A DNA stretch of 63,829 nt, the filler included, from Choristocarpus tenellus KU-1152 (taxonomy: Eukaryota; Protista; Phaeophyceae): assembly GCA_964200185.2 (NCBI GenBank). It is 8 parts of 8 records of this genome, joined end to end, with 100 filler letters (N's around TTAATTAATTAA, not from the genome) between each part and the next. Parts side by side here need not be neighbours in the genome. Positions count along the whole stretch, not along the records: positions 28,837 to 43,566 come from CAXNAD020001124.1; positions 43,667 to 54,826 come from CAXNAD020002474.1; 6 more parts are not named here. The stretch is one strand, 5' to 3'. Shown here one piece after another: positions 35,801 to 49,700 of the stretch. Made by a program: the position numbers and the translations under genes. How positions within the stretch are numbered: the first letter of the stretch is position 1; each line of letters begins with the position of its first letter. The notes beneath the pieces were generated by a model that did not search any database, was not told the origin of the DNA, and saw only the letters and a list, made by a program, of their open reading frames with translations.

Positions 35801-36286
35801 ACCACTAGATAAGCACGTCCATGGCCTCTCCCCCCTCCTATCTACACAGCGCATCTGTTACCCTGCACCACAATGCTTGCAAAGCCTCAAGCCTAGCCAG
35901 CAGAATACATCTCAAACTCTTCACACTCCTTTACCCACCTCCCCCACCACCAGCAGACCTGGTGAATGAACAAGTCGCGAATATGGACTATCTATAGCAT
36001 TCAATAAGATGCATAATAGAAAATCTGAAAAGCATTCGCAGATCTTGTTTGTAAATCCAAAAATATAGTCCGTACCATGAACCCACCCAAACATTCTTCC
36101 CATGCTACACGAGATACACAACAACGAAAATATTAAGATCTGGGAAGGAGGACATCCCACTTCTAATTTCTAGTCAACACAAGCATAGGGCATTTGGGAG
36201 GAGGGAAGGCGGCGGCAGCAGTGAAGAACAGAGCGCCAGCAATTTTATCTAACCAATCTTTCCTCCTGCAACCCATGGTTGCATGC

Positions 36287-39200
36287 TCAGCTCAGCTGTC
36301 CACAGTCGACAATGACAACATTCTGGAAATCAATTGAAAGCACGGCAAAGTTTTGTGGGATGGGCAATATAATTGGAGGAAAGGACAGTAGGGTAAGAAT
36401 AAACCAGGAGTGGGTGTTGTTTGTGTCCCATCTACTGAATACAAATAATGGCGATTCTGTGGTGATGCAACTAAATAAGAGCTGCAGAGTTGTGTCACGA
36501 CACAGCTAGGCAGAAATTAGTATTCTAGTTTTACCCGTATCTTCAGAGTGTATCATGCCAACAAAAGTATTCACGCGCTGATACCTAACAGAATACTGCT
36601 GAAAGTGTATTTTAATGCACTCTTTAGCACACCTCTTCTCATTGAAGAATATTTCTAATTATCAATGCATAGTGAAAAAAAATTCTTCAGTTGCACACCA
36701 AGTAATACAAAACCCTAGGATTTCGGCTAAATAGAACTCGACTGTGTAACATGATCTTAGATAGCACTAGAAGCACAACCAATCTGATAGCACATTGGCA
36801 AGGCAATGGTTTCTTGTGCAGTTAGTCCCATCGACAAACTAAACCCCAACTCTATTGAAGCCACAACTACTCCTAACCTCAACCTCGAGAAATATGAGTG
36901 CACTCAAAATACCATCCGGAACAGGCATGCTGTTTGCACTTTGTCCACATTACAGGTTTATATGTAGAACAAATGTGGACAAGCAGCACACACACACAAA
37001 AAAGGTACGGTACAGCTTTTGGTGACAACTTCGTATGAAGAGCACTGCCCCATGAATGTTAATATTTCATCGAAGTGTTTACTGAACTGTGTAGCAGATG
37101 CCTTTATGTAGCTAGAGTTGGCTCCGCAGACTAGTGCACGACAGTTCCAACTCAGTCCTTACACAGACAGGGAGTTGGAATAGGAAGATATACAGTAGGA
37201 GTACATACAGGCAAGGGTCGCAAGGGAAAGACTACAACAATGGACCTAAGGACTTGAGTTCGGGATATATTCCTCCCTCCCCACCTGTCAATCAATCAAA
37301 AACATGTCTGGCACAAGAGCACACAGAAGAAACACAACTGATGATAGGACAAGGACACATTTCGTACAAGTATTGCATTCAGTATCTGCGGGAGGATTAT
37401 AAAAGGTTAGGGCTAGGTTAACTCTAACCAAACAAATATCTGGGGAGGTTCTTGGAGGCACGATGTAACATCCAACGTACCCTACCGCCTCACTCATGGT
37501 AGCAGGCGCTGCAATCGCAGCTCATTCGTTCAAACCACAATCTCATATGCGCTCTTTCTGCAACAGGGTGCTTTCATTAATCATTGAATTCAATATGTAC
37601 CTCTCGGGTCATTTCCTTTGCCCTTTCTAGCATCAACTCGGCTGCACATTTATTCTGGGTGAGATGCGCCATGAAAACCATGAGAGGAGAAGAAAATCCA
37701 CTTCACTACACACACCAAAACTCGTCGCTAGCATACACCAACACATCTACATTCAAACACACGGGATCAACTCTAGGCACGAAATCAATACAACCAAGCA
37801 GTTCCCATTAATAAATGCATACACAAGGGAACATTGAATGGGCAAGGGGACAGGAAAGGAAAAAACTTACCTTGGAGGTCTTGCCCGAGGGTGAACCAAC
37901 TGCCTCCATTGCCCTGACAACATCCATTCCGTCCACCACACTTCCGAAAACAACATGCTTTCCATCAAGCCAGGGGCATTCCACAGTGCAGAGGAAAAAC
38001 TAGACACAAAAATGAAGGCAAGCAAATCAAGAGCATAGTACAATTGTTATGATACACACACACACAACAGTAAGATTACTTGCGCGCCTACTCATTTCTT
38101 AGAGTAACAATGTCATGCAGTATTTTCCAACACAAACACCTCCTTTGCTTCCACCAGAAAAAAACGAGATAGATCTTGTCGGTTCCACATGATATCAATG
38201 TGATCTTTTGATTCCATGCATTAGAACACCTCATATCTGCAACAAATCCCTAGAGAAAGACAATCCAATAGTTGTGTAGGTGAAAATTTTTAACACTTCC
38301 TCTACGCTATGAACATGAATAGCTCCAAGACAGGTGCATCAAAAAAATGTTTTTGTGGTTTCGTCTGGATGCCGACAAAAGACTCTTCGGGGGATAGATC
38401 CAAAGCTCAATCGAATTCTCCCTGACTGCACATGTGGATCTCAGCGAGATGTAAACATGGTTTCTAGATCACTCTTCAACATCTACCTGGACTTCCTGCA
38501 ATTCAAAACCTTTCTTGGGGCAGTTTGTACTTCAACTACCAGGAGACTTCCTCAGTATACCTTGGAGGTGCACATTATGACATATATGGTAACACATATC
38601 TGTCAGTGTGCCTAGGAACTCAGAAACATTATTGAGACTTGCCTCAACCTATCTCTATATTTTACTCAGACCATGACAGTGGTGCGTGCACATACCAACC
38701 GGAAGACTATTCTATATATAGTAAAGAGAATTGAAAATCATTTCTTAGAGGAGGCTGGAGTCTGCCATCCCCTAAAAGTAGGAGAGGGAAAAGGGAGTAG
38801 TGCCTGAAAGAGGATCTTACCCGCCTTTACACATCAAATTTGAAATCTCTTTGAAACAACTGTGTTCAGTGTAAATGAATCCAAATGGGTAACGAAGCAA
38901 CAAGACATTGACCTCCAACTGGAATCATTCATAAAAAAATAGAAGCAGGAAACTTATGAAATACAAAGGTATCATGCATCCAAACAAGCACCACAATACA
39001 AGACCCATGAGGATGAGGGGGGGGGGCAAGATGAGATAGATGCTGCTATCCAAGCTGCCTCTAATCACTGTTAACAAACTTAACCAATCCTCAAAAATAT
39101 TCACAATCACAGTATCTCCAAAATTATCCTTAACAAAAAACCAGGCTTGCCACACACACAATCCCCCTTGCCTTACTGGACACCTAGGATAGGTAAGCAA

Positions 39201-41243
39201 TGCAAAAGCACACAATCAAACAAATTTACCACTGGGTGGGATCAATACACATAAACATGGACATCATACAATTCTCAAAGCTTGGAAACAACCTAATTCT
39301 TTGCATTGCACACACAAATCAAAGACATGCTCTTCTGATGCTTGAAAACAAAACATGTTGATATAAAAGAAGGCATACCTGTGATCCATTTGTGTTTGGT
39401 CCAGCATTAGCCATGGAGAGTACTCCAGGTCCGGTGTGCGATAGCTTGAAGTTCTCATCGGGGAAGGTACGGCCATAGATGGATTCACCACCTTTGTAGG
39501 TACACACAACAATCAATCACACACAGCACATCCAATCAAGTAATTAAGAGGCATAAACAGGTTACAAGATTTTGCAGGGTTGCAATCTCTGAAAAGACTT
39601 ATCATTGGAATCAAAAGGGGGCATGTTGAGGGGTATACATTTGTGCAGTGACTGGGGGGTGGGTGGGCATGGATGCAAGGGCGAGACGAAATTGGCAAAT
39701 TCTTGAGAGTTGGATCTATCAAGGTTACTGTGCAACAATGAGAAAATTAGAAGAAAAATTTCCAAGCAAGACTTCATTCAAAGGTCCAGGATGGTTCTAT
39801 TTTTTTGTGTACCTTGCAAATATATGTGAATATGCTACCAAGAAATACAAAACACAAGCCCCATGTGAGCATGTACTCCTCACCAGTGCCATCGCCCCTG
39901 GTGAAGTCACCACCCTGGCACATGAACTGTGGGATGATGCGGTGGAACGATGATCCCTTGAAACCCTTCACAGGCCCCTCTCCAGTGCACAGCTGACGGA
40001 AGTTCTCTGACATGCACATGGGAGGGGCAGGGCATGGGGACATGCAAGGGAAGGTTTTTTTGAGGCGTTGGATACATTTGCCTGTTATTACAATGTTGAC
40101 AACAAAAACTTTAACATTTACACTAAAAAACAGCTATTGCTAAAAATAATGATGAGCAAAGATCTGTGAGATACATAATCTTTTATACCGGATGGTCTGG
40201 CAAAGAGGGATCACGTTATCAGTAGCAAAACAAAACCACAAAACAATCAGCCTAGCAAAGGGGTGTGAGGCGAAGTATCTTCGAGTGGGGTGGATTTGAG
40301 GCATTTTGATCGTAAGGGGACCTATCGAAAATATTTCACGGGCACCTCACGACAAAATGTAGCTATCTCAATTGGTAGTCTGGAGATGTAGAAGATATGC
40401 GTGGATAAACAAATCACTTTAAAATCTACTGTAGAAAACAGGCGCACAACCCCCTCATTGGTCAAAAACGACCGTTGAGATCAGGTCGACTCTACGTACG
40501 TTTTCAAAAGAGTAGCAGGGAATCAAGTCTGGCAAGAAGTGGACAAAGGTTGCGGACACGCTCACCAGCAGTCTTGGGCACCACATCTGCACGAAGCTCA
40601 AGGGTGACGCGACCAAGGGGATCGCCACCTGCCTCAATGTCAAAGAAGACCTGCGAGGAAGGTCATTGATCTATTCATTTATTTGTGAAATATTCACGGT
40701 TGGGTATACGCCTGAGGAGGTCCCTGCAAAGACTCCATTGCTACCATTTGCAGATAAAACACTAGCACCACCACAGAATCAGGATCGGACTGTTCGACGC
40801 AATCAGTACTTCGCACTAACTTTGTGCCTGAATTACTGCAGCATACAATGAGAAGCATGGGGCACAAAGACATAAAAATAGAAAAGACGACGAGCACACT
40901 TTCCGTGGACTAAGAGAGATTCGTCCAGATACCTGGGGGTTCGACATGGCAAGGGTGTTCCTGCTCGAAGAGGTCTGAGCCCTCCCTGTCTGGCCCCCTT
41001 GCATCCAGGACGTGGATACGAATCTAGCGACACGAGGACACGAAACCGCACATATGCATGAAAGTGGAATTGGAGGAGAGGGCTTTGGCAATCAGGGTTT
41101 CCTTGAGCACTATCACATCAACTTCCTCTACTACAGTGATCATGTGTAACTCACTTTGACTGAGACACTGGCACAAAGCCGGCGGCAGGGGAGGCAAGAC
41201 CCAATACTCCAAGTAGCACAGCACCAAGGCAAGACATAGCCAT
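36287..41243 (-). CDS. CYP: Cyclophilin-type peptidyl-prolyl cis-trans isomerase with bipartite plastid presequence, 221 aa; exons 41243-41155, 41023-40933, 40650-40566, 40006-39884, 39491-39379, 37999-37871, 36322-36287
   Basis: All six introns are GT-AG and phase-compatible (666 nt total). Mature domain MSNPQVFFDI...[16 protein letters not shown]...[15 protein letters not shown]...[10 protein letters not shown]...IVDCGQLS*. N-terminus [25 protein letters not shown]. Confidence 0.95.
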
Positions 41244-43795
41244 TTTCGAGGAGGGGTCAACAACAGAGAGTTCAAATCGGCTGTTGAGATATAGAGAGTT
41301 GTGTGAGGTTGAGAGAGCATGAGAGGAAAATCTCCCGTGTTAAGGTTAGGGTTTTTATAGAGGAAATAGATGAGGGTATTGTAGATAATGACCACGTGTC
41401 ATGTGTCAACACGTATTGGTATGATACGAATCTATAATTACAAAAACATGGACGATAAGGAGGGTGTGCGTATGTATATAGTTTTCATTGGTTTTCCCCT
41501 GACACATCTGCAAAATGTCAGTGGGCATAATAAGGAGGGTGTCCTTTTTTGGGGTAAAAAATCCGATATTGCGATTTTGGTAAGTTTTGGTTATGGTGTT
41601 GTTAACAAATGTCAATATCCTTGCTTCAAACACACCTTTCATAGTCCTATACAGTTACGGCATCCGTGTTCACAGAAAACAGAAAACGGGCATAATAAAA
41701 CCGTGGGAAGCCAAACCTTGAACGGAAAATCAGGACAGAACTCCTACCTTATTAAACGCTTTGACTCGAATACAGGCGCAAAATCATAATAACGTTGAAA
41801 AAAACAAAAAGCGTAAAAAGAACAACATAGAACAACATCTGCAACTCACACATGTACACCACGTAAGTGTTTGTACACCTAGACATACTCACACACATAC
41901 AACCAAATATCATTGTGAAGTGCGATTACTACAAGCCCACACCTCCGCCAATCAAGGGGGTCTAAGGAACAAGTCACATACCAGAATGTCAAGACTGAAA
42001 CAACACCACAGAGTGCATGGTGAATTGAGATGATAAGTGGGAATAGGGTAGTGTCCTAGAAACCCGTGAATGATAAAGCCAAGAGTTCCAAAAATAATTT
42101 GACTCCAAAGAGGTTTCACTGGGACTCCAGTTCCAAATCACCTAGTGCTTCCATCAATAATGGAGGTATCCCCTTGTTCCTTTGGGAGTGTCCATCCCAA
42201 AAGTAACAAGATATAATCACGTTAAGATATCGTCAGGCTTAACCTGAGTATACACCTTTTCCCTTTTGGAGGTCTGGTTCAAAAATTACAACGTACGCAA
42301 CTCTGTTTTGGCCTAGTAAATGCTTTTGAGTTGAAATCATCTGGATCAAGTCGTACTTCCTATGCATGCTGCTGCCAATAGAAAGAAAGTAAGGGGGGTA
42401 TGCACATGAGGATTTTCTTAATAGAGAGGATATTATATTGATGAAACATACACTGTTATGGCTGGAAAAGTGACTATAAATCATAAGCCTGTAACATTGG
42501 ATATTCATACTGATGAAGTGGATACACTTGAATTACTAATTTCACGTGTTTTTTCTACTTGAAATTCAGTATTTAATTTCACAAATAATTAAAAGGTATA
42601 AATATTTATTTATGGCGTACAGGAGAGTCGTATAAGCACATTACAAGCCCTGTTGTCTTCTTAGAAACAACTATATCATCCGAAAGCAAAGGCATCTTTA
42701 CCCCAAATAAGAGAGGTATCGCAAATTAATCTTCTAGATCCTAAAATCATCTTTTTATCTTCTGAACGAAAAAATACACTAATACATGTACGCGAGAACT
42801 CAGATCTTGTAGTTGCAATGATTATTGGATCATCATCTTCAGTGGTGAACTTATTATCGTTCATAAAGTGTCATACTTTCTCTTTCTTCAATATCGGCCT
42901 GAGCAAGAGCTGTTTTGAAAACCAGACCCCAAAGCGTTGGTTATAAATCACAGTGCATTTATTATGCATCAAGTCTAAAAAAGACATTTGTGAAATTTTA
43001 CATGATATAGGACCAATTGTTTTATTGCTGAGATACACCCTAACTTCTCGGACATAACATTATGACAATTCTATTATAATCTTTGCACTATTGGATTTAA
43101 TATTTACGCAGATGTGTCAGGGAAAATGACAATTCAATAAATATCGTAAGAACCCCTCCAAAAAAGTAACAATTGTAGCAAATGTGAAAGATATTTCTCC
43201 TAAATTCATTCACTGTTTGACTACCAGCTATACTACACCGCTCCCATAAAAGCTCGTAATTACTGCCCCGAGGCTGGAAAGGGGGACACCAACATTAGGG
43301 GCCATTAGAGCAGCCAAGCTCTTCCACATGATCTCAGGCCTTTTTCTGGCAAATGATGGAACGTTCTCAAGGGAGGAGGCTCAAAGTATCCGGGGGGGTG
43401 GCGGCTGTCCATTTGGGGTCAAATTTTAATGTCGCGATTTTTGGGTGATTTGGTTGCATACGTCCGATGTATAATGTAGGTGCACTTTTCCTGATTTTGG
43501 TGTAAATGGACACCCTGGTGTAGACCCCCCCCCCCCCCGAAACATTGGGCGCCCGGATATTCTCCCNNNNNNNNNNNNNNNNNNNNNNNNNNNNNNNNNN
43601 NNNNNNNNNNTTAATTAATTAANNNNNNNNNNNNNNNNNNNNNNNNNNNNNNNNNNNNNNNNNNNNCCCCCTCCCAGATACTTTGGGCCTTCTCTTTTGT
43701 TGCACTCATCAACATGTCTTCTGAAGTGTTAGCAAGATATACTGTGGGGTATGAGATACAGAACATGATCGTCTGCCCTTCTTAAACTTCTGCAG

Positions 43796-46700
43796 GAATG
43801 ATTTTCCTCTCAGAAGAAGATGTGGATGTGAAACGTCTTGTAGGCCGATGGATGGGTAGTCAACCTGAGGAGCTACGGGCAGCACTAGAAGGCTGGGTGG
43901 ACGACATGTTCTACAGGTAGTTGATATTTTTATGTATGGTGAAAGTATGTTGCAACCCACTCCAAGGTTGCCCGAGCATCAAGTTACCTTTCAGATAGTT
44001 TGATAGTGATATTTTTGTTCTGTGCCTCACTCATCTTTGGCAAAACCTAGGAATAGAGTCAAATCCAATTGTTGTCAGTTCAAGTGCCATCAACTTTCTT
44101 TTCTTATGTGGATTATTCAGACCCTCTAACTGTCTACATAGTTGTATTCTTAATATTGATCAAGTTTTGTTGAGCTCCCCCTCCTTTCTTCCCCGCAATG
44201 CAGTGGGTGAATCTAGGTCCGAATTAGTGTGAAAATAACACGTTAGCACCTACAAAACCCCTGAACACCAACAATTTTTCTAATGGAATGCCTAGAATAT
44301 TCACAGATGTGGCCACTACTCTTATCTCTGACCGACTACAGGGGACTAGATTTCGTACTGAAGAAAGACATGGTAGTGGAGACAACTATGGTGGGGACCG
44401 TACTCAATGGTCTTAGTCAAGTAAGTCCTGGTTGATGAATTCTCGCGTTTTTTTTTGTTCGTGAATGTACAGACACATTACCCCTTATAGATTATTTTGA
44501 ACAAAAAAATTTACCATATTTTCAGTTGCTCAGACAGGTGTCACGAAAGTCCTTGGCAGCAAAACACAAGATATTTCAAAGATGTAAAAGAACAGCAATT
44601 AATGGATAATGTGTTGATGTGATTCATCTTGCTAGGCAACATGGATCGAAAGCCTGCTTGTCCTTATGGATCTACCACTTTTTTTTAAAACTCAGATACA
44701 ATACCAACAGCACATTTGCAGAGATGTTGAGATTTGCATGTAATATGCGAGAAGATCTAAGATTGAGAACATTGAAGTCTGTTTCGTAGAGTTGTGGACA
44801 GATCTCAGATTCTGCTGGTCTATTAATGGGCAAGCAATAGCTGTGCAAATACATAATTACCTGCTTGTCCACTCCACAACTCCTCTGACCATAGATTTGA
44901 ACCCGGCATGTATGCCTTCCTCTGTGCTTGTGGCATCACGATTCATCTTCAGAGCCTATACCTCCCTGACGAATATATCTATCTAACACATTCCATGGTC
45001 CTCTTTTTTTGGTCAGACAAGTTGGCACTCCAGAGAAATTGTAATTCATCCATCTCGCGATTTTCTCCCTAGTCATATCTCAAAGATTTTCTAAACCCTT
45101 GATCCCTTCGCTTTCCTTGTGAATTTGGTCAATTCTGTTGCTTCCTCAACCTCAACTAAGTCCGGTTGACGTTTATTTATGAGGTCATACTTTTCACATG
45201 CTCCATCATCTAGGAAGAAGGTAAGTAATTTACTCCTGCCAGTGATCCACCCTGTCCACAGTGCAGGATTCCGTTTGTATGAACTCCTTTGTATGCCACA
45301 CATTTCTCATTTTTTCAGGTTGCTGGGGCAGCAACAAAAGCTGAGTTTGCATGTGGGGTCATCCAAGGTCTTGGGGGTAACCTTTCCTTGTCCGATCGTT
45401 CTGCCCTCGCCCGTGAGGTAACCGGACTGTGTTTTCAATTATCCAGTTTTTCAGTGGCTTTTCCGAATGATATGCAGAGTCAGGTTTGATTCTTAACTTG
45501 AAGTGCTTGTGATGACAACTGAGGTCTGTGTTTAACCGTCACAGAACATACTGCAACACAGAAAATATCAAAGGGATGCATTTTTTACTCTTCTTCCTGG
45601 ACAGAGCGAGGAGAATCAGTTCATTGCACATCCTCTCAGAACATTGTCAACATTGTCCAAAAAGTACTCTGTAAATAATATCTCATGCCAGGCATTGCCT
45701 CCAATGACATTTGCTCGATTTCAGAAGACATTCTGTGAAGCATCAACATAGAGTATACTTTGTAGGGATCAAGAAGCGAGAGCTGTAACACTATGCTTTG
45801 TATAGTTATCTTGTTGAGGAGATCCAAGGAAGGCAGTCAACCTCTTAATTCTTCTTCTATTCACCTCTAATGCTTCTCCAATGTCTAACTTGTACACATT
45901 TCACTACTACTCACTCGTCCACCTTCACCATTTCTCTATAATATATGCTGCCACAGAGCTCCATTGTAATCATCAACTTCCTGCAAACTATTTATGCCAT
46001 CGCAATGACATAATACCACACCTTGTCAGGTATTTCAATGGGCTGGAGAACGCCCTCCAGATGTCTCAGCTCCCCTCGACTGTTACAGCAACCGAGGTTC
46101 TCTGTGTCCGTACATTGCCTCAAGAGGGGGTGATAGACATGAAGAGTTAGGAGACGGAGGAGGTGAAGACTCACAAACCATTGGGCCTCGGTCTGTGGTG
46201 CTGACTATATCTGTTCAGGTTTGGAATCTAAACAAGTAGATATGAATTGCAAAGCACCCATTGTGACAATACCAAATTGGGATGCAGGATTTTGAGAGTT
46301 CCTTTTTGTAGCACCATGTCACTGATGCAAGGAGAAATAGAGTGGAATTTTGATGTACTAGGTGGGTAATATTAGTTTATAGTTTATAGTATGTGCTAGG
46401 TTTAAGTCAACCTTCAGCTCTTTGTTAAAATGGGGTATTGATTGCACGAATTGCGTATTCAGAACCTAAGATATCGCTTCAGGTTTTGTAATAAACATGA
46501 TGTCATGCCAGAATGGAAGTATTGTCAGTGGCATGTTTATATAAGTATATCCCTGTGCAACTTCCTCCACTTCCATCCGTCCTCAAGCGCACTCTTACTC
46601 TGTTGGAGCCTTGGATAGAGCGTGGCGAGCCATTTATTTTGGTGGGTCCTGAAGGATGTGGAAAGGACACAATGATACGCCATGCCTTCTCACAAAACCA

Positions 46701-49700
46701 TGCAGGAAGGAAGAAAACAGTTGTAACAGTGCTGCACTGCAACGCACAGACCACAGCCGAGCATGTAATAACCAAGGTGTGCTTTGGAGCTGCATTAGTC
46801 AGGCTAACCATGATGTAAATGGGATGAGAACCATCTGATAAAGTGCTGGTCACAACATAGGAAATATTGAAAACGGCATTTTGCAGCTATTTCGTTCTCA
46901 GCAATACGCCTAAAGTGTGAGGAGACTCCTGGGTGAATAAAACAAAGGATTATAGCTCCATCAACTCACAGCAACTTGTTGACAGTTGGTGCATATTCAA
47001 GTCTCCCACTCATCTAAACTCAAGCCTCCCAAAAAGTATTCCACAAGACACATGTGAAATATTGGACCTCATTGCGTAGATTTTGACCAATGATAATGTT
47101 CTTCCCTACCTGGGAAGGAGTCGAATTAACCAGTGAGAGATGATCAGAACATTCTTGACGTTAATTTTGTGTTTTTTTCTGATAATTCTGTGTGTTTCCT
47201 CACGGATGAGTAAAGGATACGTGTTTGTGTTATCTACATTACTATACATTCGCCACAACCAAATGCTTTATTTTACTGCCACATCGAAAACACAGATCTC
47301 GCACTCCTGCAGCCTTTTCAGTGCCCCAGAGGGACGAGTCTATCGTCCTAGGGACTGTGAGAAGCTCGTACTGTACCTCAAGGATATCAACTTACCACGT
47401 CCTGATAGGTGTGTGGTCTTCATTATTTGTGCCTCGTGCCCATAAGTACTCCAGAGTACTCAAATAGATAACAGGATACAAAATATATCCTAGTTTTGTG
47501 AAGATTGTTTACATTGACTGCAGACTCATCAAGCTTTGTTTGACATTAGTTTTACCCACTGGTTTTCACTTCTGTATAAATTGTCTCCAGATTGGAATAA
47601 CTTGAACATGTATTGGTCGAAATCGCACAAGCTGAATCTTAAAGGTCTCAAACTTATGTAGGCTGAAGGTTTAACCTACTCCAACCACAACTGTAATCTA
47701 GTCTGAGCTAGGTTTGTACTAGTCTGAGCTAAATTGTCTCGAACAGTACACCAACATACAAACTTCAAATTATCTTGGATACAAACGAGTACTATGTATA
47801 TATTCATGTAGTACGTGAATATGCTCATGGTTTGGACAATAGTGCATCCAGTAGCTATATTTGCAGATTTCCTTCAACTCCACTGATCCCTAACTTCGAA
47901 GAATTTGAGAAATCTCATCTGGCAAGGACTTCTAACCTCCTGGTTGCACTTCTAACGTCAGGTACCATACGTGCATGCTTATTGCTTTCCTGCAACAGCT
48001 GCTGACCTTTGGCGGATTCTATGATGAGAACCTAGAGTTCTTACGCCTTGAGAGGGTGCAGGTCTGAGTATTTGTTGTTGATTGGACTGCAATGAAAGTC
48101 AAGGGATCATTATATTCTTAAGGGCACATGTCAATGGATTGTCCTGCACCTGAACCACTGCTACACCATTGCACTTTAATCTTGTCCTTCCACCTATGCA
48201 TCAACTTTGAAAATAACCTAGTCACGTAAGTTTAACAATTGATAGGAATTGTTTGAAACTTTATGTAGTGGTATAGTTTCCAGGTCATGACGGATAAACC
48301 ACCCAATGCCTCACTTATCCTTCTCTCCATATCTATATATACTAGTAGTATTACTCTACCCTATCCATTGTAGTTCTGACATTCATACATTTCACATCCT
48401 CCACGCAAATAATCCAATTAGCAAAGCTTATGCTCTTTTGCTGACCCTCCAGAACAAAAAATATTAAGAGTTCACCCTCTTGGCCCAATCATTTCCTGAC
48501 AGCTGGTGGCCTCCATGAATGCAGCAACTACTGTTGGCCGACATCAATTGTCCACTCGGTTCACAGCCACAGCAAGAATAGGTGTGGTGGACTACCCAGA
48601 TATGTCAGAGCTTACCTCTGTATATGAGGTATTCCTTGCAAGAGCACTCAATGGTCGTGGGGTTGACAGCAGGCAAGTACAATGCAGAACAGAATCTGCA
48701 AAAGACATTGTTCATACTGTTAGCATATTTGAGCAAGAACAGACTCAGTTGAACAAGAAGTATACATAGTTCCTCCTGGGACTAACAGACTCATTGCATC
48801 TGCTACAGAACGGCAGTGACTTGTGTTTGTTAGTTTTTGTTAATGTATGCACTCAGAACATTCTTTCAGTTCTGAGACATGATCAGTTTTTTCTCTCAAG
48901 TGCTTGCCTAGAGTGCATAGCCCTTATAGAAAGGTCAATGTTAAATTGATGGGCATCAACACAGGAGCAACAAATTGATTCTACAACCATTTCACTTTAA
49001 GTGTCCATGTGACTACAACAAAATAATACAAATTGCTTTCAATCTCCGTTGGATATAAAATAGTAAGTGGCATAATGTAGTAGTGCAGTCGAGGATCTGC
49101 ACATCAAGTAAGCCTTCGAGATAGATCCAACTCATCTTCACCTAGATAGGAACATCACTGTTGCATTTTTGAGAGTCTGGATCCATTGGTTCCGGAGGTG
49201 TTGGTTCCAGAGGGAACTGCGTGCTTTCCTTGTCACTCAAGTCCATTCATACTCACATGCAAAATAGCTCAATGAGTGAATGTGGAGTACTTGCAAGAAT
49301 TGTCATATTCACACCCATCAGGCAGAGTATGAAATTGTTTAAGTTGACTCAAGTGTATATCCTGGAGAAAAAAGTCATAATGTATTCAGTGTGATATTTT
49401 GAGGTTGAACATGTGCATCATTTCAACATCAAGAGGATCCAGTTGAAAAAAAAAACAGTCTCCATAGTATTATTTTCTTTTAGGTCACACAAAGGAGACT
49501 AACATAATCTAAAACAAATTACACAACAATGCAATAAGTCAAAGAATTTAAGAGGTTACGAGTTTTGCCCTATTTTTCCATTTGGGGCTTGACTTCCCAC
49601 GGGTTTTTAATGCCTTTTTTTGTGTTTCTGTGTGGACATTTCGGATTAAGGAGTAGGCAAAATGTGTACGACTATGAAAGGTGTTTGCGGAAGAAGGATA

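Noticed and set aside
37520-37560. Alternative last cyclophilin exon (DCGLNE)
   Set aside because: Out of frame with the nearest acceptor. 36322-36287 gives the canonical VVIVDCGQL end.
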